24,588 nucleotides of DNA, taken from the IMG/VR virus record IMGVR_UViG_3300030012_004117, positions 1 to 24,588 of that record; one strand, 5' to 3'. How positions within the stretch are numbered: position 1 is the first letter of the stretch; each line of letters begins with the position of its first letter. The notes below the pieces were generated by a model that saw only the letters and a program-made list of their open reading frames with translations, was not told the DNA's origin and did no database searches. The stretch is from a virus (lineage: Duplodnaviria > Caudoviricetes). Shown piece after piece: positions 7,897 through 16,900 of the stretch. A program made the position numbers and the translations under genes.

Positions 7897-7925
7897 TTGC
7901 AGAAAGAGGCAGCGTAGTGTAGTAT
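7897..7925 (+). promoter_or_regulatory. putative sigma70-type promoter for the giant gene
   Basis: TTGCAG (7897-7902)-N17-TAGTAT (7920-7925), 27 nt upstream of ATG 7953. Confidence 0.5.
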
Positions 7926-7952
7926 TAACGGATACTACTTACATACGTTGTC

Positions 7953-10900
7953 ATGGCAGACACCAAATTCCCCTCCCCCTCGCCTGAGTCATCTGATGAT
8001 GATCAAGAAAAAAAAGATCTTACTGGCTCTTTACCAGAAGACTCCGAACTAGAACCCACGGAGGAAACCGACCCCGAAGAGGAAGAGGAGAAAAAGCCGG
8101 AGAAGTTCCCCGCTCCCGCTGCTATTGAGCCTATCCCTGATTTTCTATCATGGAAGAGGGGTCGAACTGAGCTAGATTTTGCTGTCACAGAGGGACTTAA
8201 CGATACTGAACGAGAAGTTGTTGAAGCCCACTCTGACAGACTAAGATACATAAACTTCGATAAACTCCAAAAGTTGGGGCGTGGGGAGTATCAAGGCGAA
8301 GCCACTGAGAAGGAGTATCAGAACGCATATAATCAGTTTGCCAGTAGCTTTCGGGTCGATGCCCCAGAGGGGGTAGAGTTTTCTGAAGAAAAAGTCCAAG
8401 CAGCAATTCAAGCCGCTACTATTGAAGTGGGAGCAGACGCGACCAACAACAGGCTGAGTCTTATTGAAGGTTTAGACGATAAGTCGATTAAGTTCTTAGC
8501 CCAACAAGGGGCCGAGGGGTTTGATCTGGACAACCCGTCAAGAACCAAGATTACTGCGAGTGCTTTAAATAATTATAGCCCGTCTGATGAATTTCAAGAA
8601 CAAGCTCTACAGAAAGGGGTCGATAATTTGTTGTCTGGACTGCGAGAGAAAACTCTTAATCAAGTTGCGGTTAGATCTAACTTAATCCCGTTTGCATCAG
8701 TTCCATTTTTTGAGGGGGGCGAAGAAGTTGGAGAAACTGTAGACGTATCTCCAAGGGCATTAAAACAATTTGATAGCCCTTCGGAAGCAGTAAAGTTTTC
8801 TATAGAGAACGGACACATTAAACCCGATCAAGCATTAACTGCTTATACACTCGCTACGGAAAAAGAAGAAGATCTTGATCTTTCGTTAGCCGAAATTGTG
8901 CGCTCTCAGCAGCTTAGTTCATATGTTAATAATTCTCTTCCGACGATAAAAAACAAAGACCCCCTGCTAAACAGTTTAAGACGGGCGGCTAATGACCCAG
9001 ATAATCAAGAAGTTAAAGAGGATTTTTATGAAGCGTTTGCGGGTTCTCTTAACTCAGCAGATGTTGAAGGGGGTGGTTTTAAGATAGACCCCGAAGATAA
9101 ATCTTTCCGTGCCTTAGCGGATGATTACATATTTCAGAGGTCTAGCCAAGACCTTCCAGAGTCGTTCAAAGATGAAGGAGACTTATCGAGCAACGTAAGG
9201 AAAGACCCCCTTACTGGTCAGATAACTATCCACAAAGCTACAATATTTAGACCCGATATTTTTGAAAAGTCTTTGGAAGATGCGGGATTATCCGAAGAGG
9301 ATAAAGAAACTCTTAGGGCAAGACGAAAAGTGATCTTTAATACCCCCTCATTTCAGTATTCAGATGGGGTTAGAAATGCTTTGAAATTCCTTCGCAACGA
9401 CGAGGGCCAGAGCTTTGAAGAGTATCTAGAGGTTCGCAATGAGAGTGTGGACACAGATGCTTTTGACAAATACTCAGAAGAGCTTTGGGAGAAAAGATCC
9501 GAGAAGATAAGGTCGGGCGAGATGTCTAGGGAAGAAGCTCAGTTTTTCTTCCCAGAGACAGAGGCAAAGTCTTTTGGAGATCTTTTTGATGAGTTTCTGC
9601 AAGAAGCAAAAGTAGATAAAGGAGTTATCTATGGACTCAGTATGCTGGAAGAAGCTGTTTTGTCAGCAACCGAATACTATGCTTATAGTGTACCCTTATT
9701 GGCGGAACAAGCCGCTGCCTTGGTATCCCCAAGGATGGCGGAAAAGATTAGAGAGACAAAGGCTTATAAGGGATCTGAAGAGAGATCTGTAGCTTTAGTC
9801 AAAAAGAACATGGCCCAAAGAGAGGCTATGGAGACTTTTGGGTATAAGCCAGGAATGTTATTTGATGTAGCGGGGGCTGCATCGGGCGTTGGGGGTCAAA
9901 TCGTTGCGGATATACTTCTCACTAGAGGGGCGGGAACTTTAGGTAAGCTATCTGGAAAAGTAGGATCAAAAGTAGGGTCAAAAGTGGGGCTACCCACACT
10001 CAAGGGAGCCAAGGAATTAGCCCAAATGAAAATTCTTTCTAAGATAGCAGACGATGCGGCTTTGAAAAAAATTAACGCCGCTAAAGGAGCAGCGAGATCA
10101 AAAGCATATAAAGAAGCTATTGCTAAAAAACTGAGGCCAGGAACAGCTACCAGAGCCATACCAGGCATTATGTCAAGAACTTACTTGGCGGGGTATTCTC
10201 GCAACTATGGAGCCAGCTTAAATGAAATCCAAAATTCTCCCGAAGGTCAAGACATGACCCTCGATCAACAGAGAGAGTTTGCCGCTGACGCAGCAGGTTT
10301 TCAAACTGGTTTTGAAGCGGCTTTGACAGCAGGTTTTGCTAAGGGCGGATTTGATGTGGTGGAGTCCTCTATCCTTAGAGGAATTTCTCCCAAAGGACTT
10401 AAAAAATATTTAAGTAAAGACCTTGGCAAAATTGACAACAAGAAATTCTCAGCCCTTGTCGGAACATCTGTTAAGGAACTGGAGAAAGAATTGGGCGTAG
10501 CCAGAGGCAAAATCCCCACACTGTTACTTGGAGCCGTTAGTGAAGGAATTGAAGAAGGACTTCCTTCGGGGGCTTCTATAGTCTTTGAGGACTTCTTAAT
10601 GTCCTATTTGGATTACAACGAACTAAATGAAGACGTTCCGATTCTTAGGATATTCGACAAATACCTTGAGTTCGGTAAATACCTAGCGAGCGGACAAGTA
10701 GATTCGGACCTTATAAAAGAAGCATACGAGACAGGTAAATATGATTTCCTTATAGGAGCTATTCTTGGTGGTGGCGTTTCTGGTGTTAGAAGCGTGGGTT
10801 CGGGCCTAGGGTCGATGGTGGCTCCTTCAAGGGATAGTAGAGAGGCAGCAATGCAAGCCTCTCAACTCCTTTACGAAAAGATTTCAGATAAGTTGTCTGA

Positions 10901-13900
10901 TAGTGGGTCGCCACTTACGGCCGAGGTGGTAGCTAACATTCTTACCTCTCCTGCTAGGGGTAAAGATTTCGATGGTAGAACACGCGCTGAAGTAGAGGAG
11001 TTGATTGCGAAAGGTGAACTCACTATGGAAGATGCAGTTCGCATGGGACTCGCACAGCCTACCCCAGAGCCTAGCCCTACCCCAGAGCCTGTCACTGGAA
11101 CGGAACCTACAACGGAGGCAGAGCCAACACCGGAAGCAGAGCCTAGTCCAGATCCAACACCGGAAGCAGAGCCTAGCCCAGATCCAGCACCAGAAGCAGA
11201 GCCTACTCCTACCTCAGAGAAGGAGGTTGACACACCAATCAAAATTACTTTTGATCGTGTGGAAACAGATTCGGTTAAAGAAACAGTTGAAGAGTTTTTT
11301 GATTCGGATCAAAATTCTGATCAACAAGCCGCTGCGGACCCAAGCACACTGAGTTCTCCAGAAGTCACGCCAGATCCAAGGCTTGAACCCCTCTCCGCTG
11401 ATGAAGAAGTAGACCGAGTTGTAGCCCAAGTAGACGAGACAGTATTCCCGAAAGAGACTCAAGCCCCGAAAGACCCCAAGGTCAGGGAGCAAGCTCAAGC
11501 GGTGAGCGATGAGGTTAGCAGAATAAACCAATCAGGCGGTAAGGTTGTGTTCGTTAAAGACGCAGAAGAAGCCGATAGAGTTCTGAGGAAAGCTAGGGGA
11601 GGCAAGGGAATCCGCCAAGATCAAAAAGCTAAACTTAGTAAAGAGAGTTCCTTCCAAGCAAACGTAGATGGATCTCCGGTTACTTTTGTTTTCGAGTCAA
11701 AGCTAAAGAACAAAACCACTTCCGCTCTTCGGAAGATTCTTAAAAAGGCATCCCGCGACACTCAGGTTAGCAAGTTGATCGGTCGAGATTCTGTTGTCCT
11801 CCCTAGTAATCAGACAGTCAAAAAGCTGAAGATCAAGGACTTCGATAGCCTTACTGATTCTGAGAAAGTATCATCGGTTTTGGATTGGCTTGACTCAGAC
11901 CCCCAAAACAATTTGGACCCCCAATCCGACAAGGAGTTTATCACTTACCTTCGGAAACTATCCGGCAAAGCTCAAGTTAGTGCCACTCCTGTTACGGCCA
12001 ATGCCGTATCAAGCGTTGTATCCTCCAAGGTGGGAAGCCCCATCATGCCTCCTGCATCCGAGTCCCCAGTCTTAAATACTGAACAAAAGCTGGAGTCAGG
12101 TCGCACTAAACGGGTCTTCAATAAAGCCTCTATTGAAGAGACTGCGAAGCAGTTCAAAGGAGAGGACGTAGAGGCGTTTAAGATCTTCATGAGTGTCTTA
12201 GAGAAGTCATTGGAACAACTCCCTTCTACGGTCACTCTGGTCATAGGTAAGAGTAGATTCGCGGCTTCTGCTAACAGGAGGACTGGAGAAGTATCAATTG
12301 ATCCCGTTGCTTTGTTTGAGCAGTTTAAGGGCAATAGAGACTTAGACTTTTCTAATCCTTCCCATCAAAAATATGTTTCCGCTTCTTTACAGAGGATAGT
12401 TGTCGAAGAGTTCGCACACATAGCGTCCTTTAATTCTATCCCTCAGAACGTGTTCGATGAGGTCGTTAACGGGATGTCTGACTCTGACTACGAGTATGTG
12501 ATTAGCACCTATTTCAAATTCGACAAAAAAGGCGCAGCAAAGGCGAGATCCGATCTAAAAAGCGGTGACCCAGAGACAGTTAAGAGACAGAAAGAATACT
12601 TGGTTGAAGAGTTCTTACGCCAGCAATATCAGGATAAGGAAGCGGGGTTCACGACAGAGGACTCTTATCTACTTCTGAAGGGCGAGAAGAGAAAGCCTGT
12701 TCGTGATCTTGTTATCGCATACTTAAAGGGTATGTATCGCCGGATCACCAAGAAGACTAGGAACGGTCGCTTTTTGTCAGGCCCAGAGAGGGCGGCAGTT
12801 GCTAGGATCACAGATGAGATCAATACGTTGCGGATGGATTTCAATACCCCGCTCCCATACGGCTACACATTTGATGACTCTCCCCAAGGGGCTGCTGCCG
12901 ACATCGAAGCCCTCAGTCAAATGTTCCCTCCACAGGAGCCTAGCGCATTAGGTATGCCCCAAATGTCTGAGGAATCTATTCCATTTGTTGATCAGCCTAA
13001 GATTCTCTCCAACACACCTGTTGTTCCAGGTCGGCGAGTAGCAACCGCTCCCCCAACCGCAACAGGTAAAAGGCGACCGTTCACAGAACTTGAGCGAGCA
13101 GCAAGCGGGATGGATGTCTTATTCTCCAACTATCGCCTACAACGCTCTTACGTCCCAAACGCAACGGCGATATCACAATACGAAATCTTAGGGCAAGCAG
13201 GGCGTGACTTATTAGAAAAATTAAATCGTGCTGACGATGCGGAGAAGCAAGGAGTAGCAGATGAAATTCATCAAGCTCTGATCACTAAGATCACTGACAA
13301 CTTGCTTCACTTGCACGATGAAATGAATCCTACCGTCAGAGAGCGAGCAAGGCTCTGGTATGAGGGGGCCAATCGTGTCGCAAGGGATTTAGCTGCAACT
13401 TACAACATTTCTCCTGAGCAAGCCGCCGCCGCTATTGCTGTGCTTTCTCCTCAAAACGATTGGTTCCAAAACGTATCCTTGGCAAGCCGCACACTTGATA
13501 TTTTGTATAACCAAGGGCAAACCGTTTTCGACAAAAAGCTCATGGAAAAATACGCTGCGCTCGAAAGCAGTCAGCAGAAAAAGTCTGGAGTATCGGCCAA
13601 GCAGCACGAAATAGATATGGAGAATAGGCGCAAGGAAGCGCGTCTTTATGCTAATAAGCATCTCTTAGGTAAGAAGCTAGATGACCTAAGCGATGACGAT
13701 GCTGCAATTTTTGTGCGAGCCTATGATCAGGAATACAACCCTAGAGGTTATGCCGTTATTACTCCAGAAGGCAATCGCATTGAGCCGAAGGCTAATAAAG
13801 AAGGCACTGCTTTGCTAAGTGTCGGTTGGGGTAGTTACGCCGAAATTTCAAAAGCTGTCACAATGTATCGGTCAGATGATTTTGTGACACTTAGTCAAAC

Positions 13901-16900
13901 TGTTGGGGGAGCGCACAAAGTTAGAAACTTTTATAACAACATAATCGATCCGACTAATTCAAAAGACGTAACGATTGATACTCACGCAGTAGCCGCAGGG
14001 TTGCTGTTACCTGTTGCTGGAGCCGACAGCGAAGTTTCCCACAATTTTGGTACGAACAACAAGGGTGACACGCGCAGGATCAGCAATGAGGGCCGCGCAA
14101 AATATGGGCATAACGGAACTTATGCTATTTTTGCTGAAGCATACCGAAGAGCAGGGGCAGCAAGAAATTTGAAGGCTAGGGAAATGCAGTCCATTACATG
14201 GGAGCAAGTAAGAACCTTGTTTGAAGCAGATCAGAAGAACAATAATGTCCTTGTGGAGTCTAGAGAATTATGGTATGATTCCGCTGATGATAAAAGCGCA
14301 AGAGCATCTGTCGAGAAAAAATTTGGAGGTTATGGCCTCCCAGATTGGGCCACACCAAGTCGGCGCGAGGATGGTGCTGAAGCGTTACCCCAACAAACCC
14401 AAGATCAACGTGCGGGATTGGCAGATGTCTACGGGGATGGACTTGGAGAGTCCAGAGAATCTCCCAGCGGAATTACGCTTATCGATCCCAGACGAACTGC
14501 TGCCGAGGGAGCTACTACCAGACGAAGTTTAGACGACCAAGGCGCACCCCGAATCTCTGATGAGGATGCCCTCGACGATGCCATCTACATGGACTCCGTT
14601 GACCGGAACGACTATGAGATGGCCGAAGAAGCCTTGGAACGAGTCGCTGCTAGGTATGGGGTAGAGAACCCTGAGCTAGTTGTCCGCGACAAAGACGGCG
14701 ACATCCTGACTCCCGCACAACGATTCATGATTCCTCCAACGGTGATCTCGCCACAGAAGATCGCTCGCCATAAAGAACTTGAAGCGAAACATGATGCAGG
14801 AACCATCACGCCGGAAGAGACTGCCGAGGCAGAACGTATCGTAGCGGAAGCTGCAAAGGCTGCGGGGTTTGATTCGCCAAAAGTTTATCATGGGACAAAC
14901 GAAGACTTCGATACCTTCAGCAAAGAAAAGCTAGGTTCAAAAAATATCTTTGCAGAATCCGCCCGTGAGGGATTCTTCCTAGCGGGGTCTTCAACAACAG
15001 CAGAAAATTACATGGGATTAACTTCCCTTGATTTTGCAGGTCTTTCGATTTCGCAAGACCCCCTATTAGCCGAAGCTAGGGTAAAATTCCGAGACGAACT
15101 CGATGAGGTTGGACGAAAAGAAAAAGAAGTTTTAGGATCTCTCGACAAGGAGCTACTAAATAATCCCAACACCAAACAGCTTACAGAGATTTTTGGAGAG
15201 GCTTTCGAGGAAAACCGTCTGAGGAAGATGAATATTTTATCTGAAGTAGTGTTTGGTAAACCATATGGCACTAAGCAAGGAGAAATATTGGAGGAGAGCG
15301 GCGTGAATGCGATGCGCGACGAGGTTAACGCTAGAATAAACAAATTTATAGAGCAGGAGTATTTAAATCGCAGTGGAAAAACGCCTCAAATTAAAGAGTT
15401 ATTCACCAAGATGGGGAACCCCTATATAATAGATGCGGGAGATACAGTGGCGGGGGCTGAATTTCCTCTCACCAACCACATCCAAGACGCTAAAACACTA
15501 GGCCATGATGGAGTTATTTTTAAGAATATATCTGATGGAGGAGGGCCAGACACAGTTTATGTCGCATTTGAGCCTAACCAAATCAAATCCGCTGACCCCT
15601 TCACCGGAGTCCCGATTGATGAGCGTTTTGACAGGGATCAGGATTCGATTCTTTATTCAGCTAGGTTCTTGGATGATATCGAGGGTGGTGATGATATATC
15701 GGCAACGCCGGAATTTGATATACGCCCCCTACTTCAAACGCTTGAGATGCCGCTGGTTCACACCAGAAAAGAGTTCGGACTGTTCCGCAGGATCATTGCG
15801 AAACTCACTGGGACTAACCTGCCCAGTCAGAGAGACATCATGGGCGATGAGGGCGGTTGGACTGCCTTCTCCAAAGCTATAATAAATGGCGACTTTCCAG
15901 ACGAGCGCATCAGGAACATGATCATCGGCAACGGGCGGTTTGTTCCCTCCGTAGAGAGTCTTTTGAATCGCCTCCACATTACAATGGAGGACATCATCAA
16001 AAAGAAATACAAAGGTAATTTGCCAGCGGATGTTAGGAAAGACTTCAATACCGCCATTGGAACGGAAGACATCGTGGTTGATAGTGTCAAGAAAGGGCGC
16101 ATAGATGCCCAACACAAGGCTGACATCGCACTAATCAATAGCGGCGATCCTAATTCGTATCGCCAGATGACTCAAGAAGAGGCCGATACCCTAATCCAAA
16201 CGGCTAGAGAAGAAAACCCAACAGCAACAAATCAAGAGATTGGAGTCATCGCGGGGAACTTGTATCGCAAAAAACTATTCAAAGAAGCTGAGAATAAGCA
16301 AAAGGAAGCGACAGACAAGCTACTGCAAGAATCAGCTAGGCAAGAAAAGATAAAGGTTGTCCAAGCACTCAAAAGACTTGAAGACCGAGGAGAAAACGAC
16401 CTTGTACAAATTGTTGTCGAGCTACGGCAAATGATCTCTGATATTTCTAATTACTTTGGTGAAGAAGGAGCGGACGCATTAAATAAAGAACTCAAACTAG
16501 CTTTCGATGTGTCCAATGGTTTCTACTTGTCACGCCGCTACAGGTTCTTCAATGACCCTACTTATAAGTCGAACCTGATTGAATTGATCCGAGGTGGGGA
16601 AAAAGTAAAGGGAAGTAAGCGGAAGGTTGCCGAACTCAATGAGCGAATCGAAAATGCTATCCCAGAATTTATAGGCATTGCGCGGCTTGAGATCCAGAAA
16701 AAGCTATTAGAAACAAAACTAAGAGAGGCTCAAAAAAGAGGCGAAGTAATATCCCAAGAAAAGAGTAAACAGATTACAGAATCCAAAGAGTTTCAACGAG
16801 AGGTCGATCAAGAATTAGGTGACCCCGAAACAGCAGCTAAGGAGGCAATGATTGAATACCTAGCGGAGTTTGGAGATGCTAGAGATTACGAGACTGCTTC

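Noticed and set aside
9955-9990. 12-bp repeat encoding GKVGSKVGSKVG
   Set aside because: Short degenerate in-frame slippage with no evident significance.
11124-11213. 30-bp repeats as a CRISPR array
   Set aside because: No spacers. The repeats are in-frame coding sequence for a Pro-rich linker.
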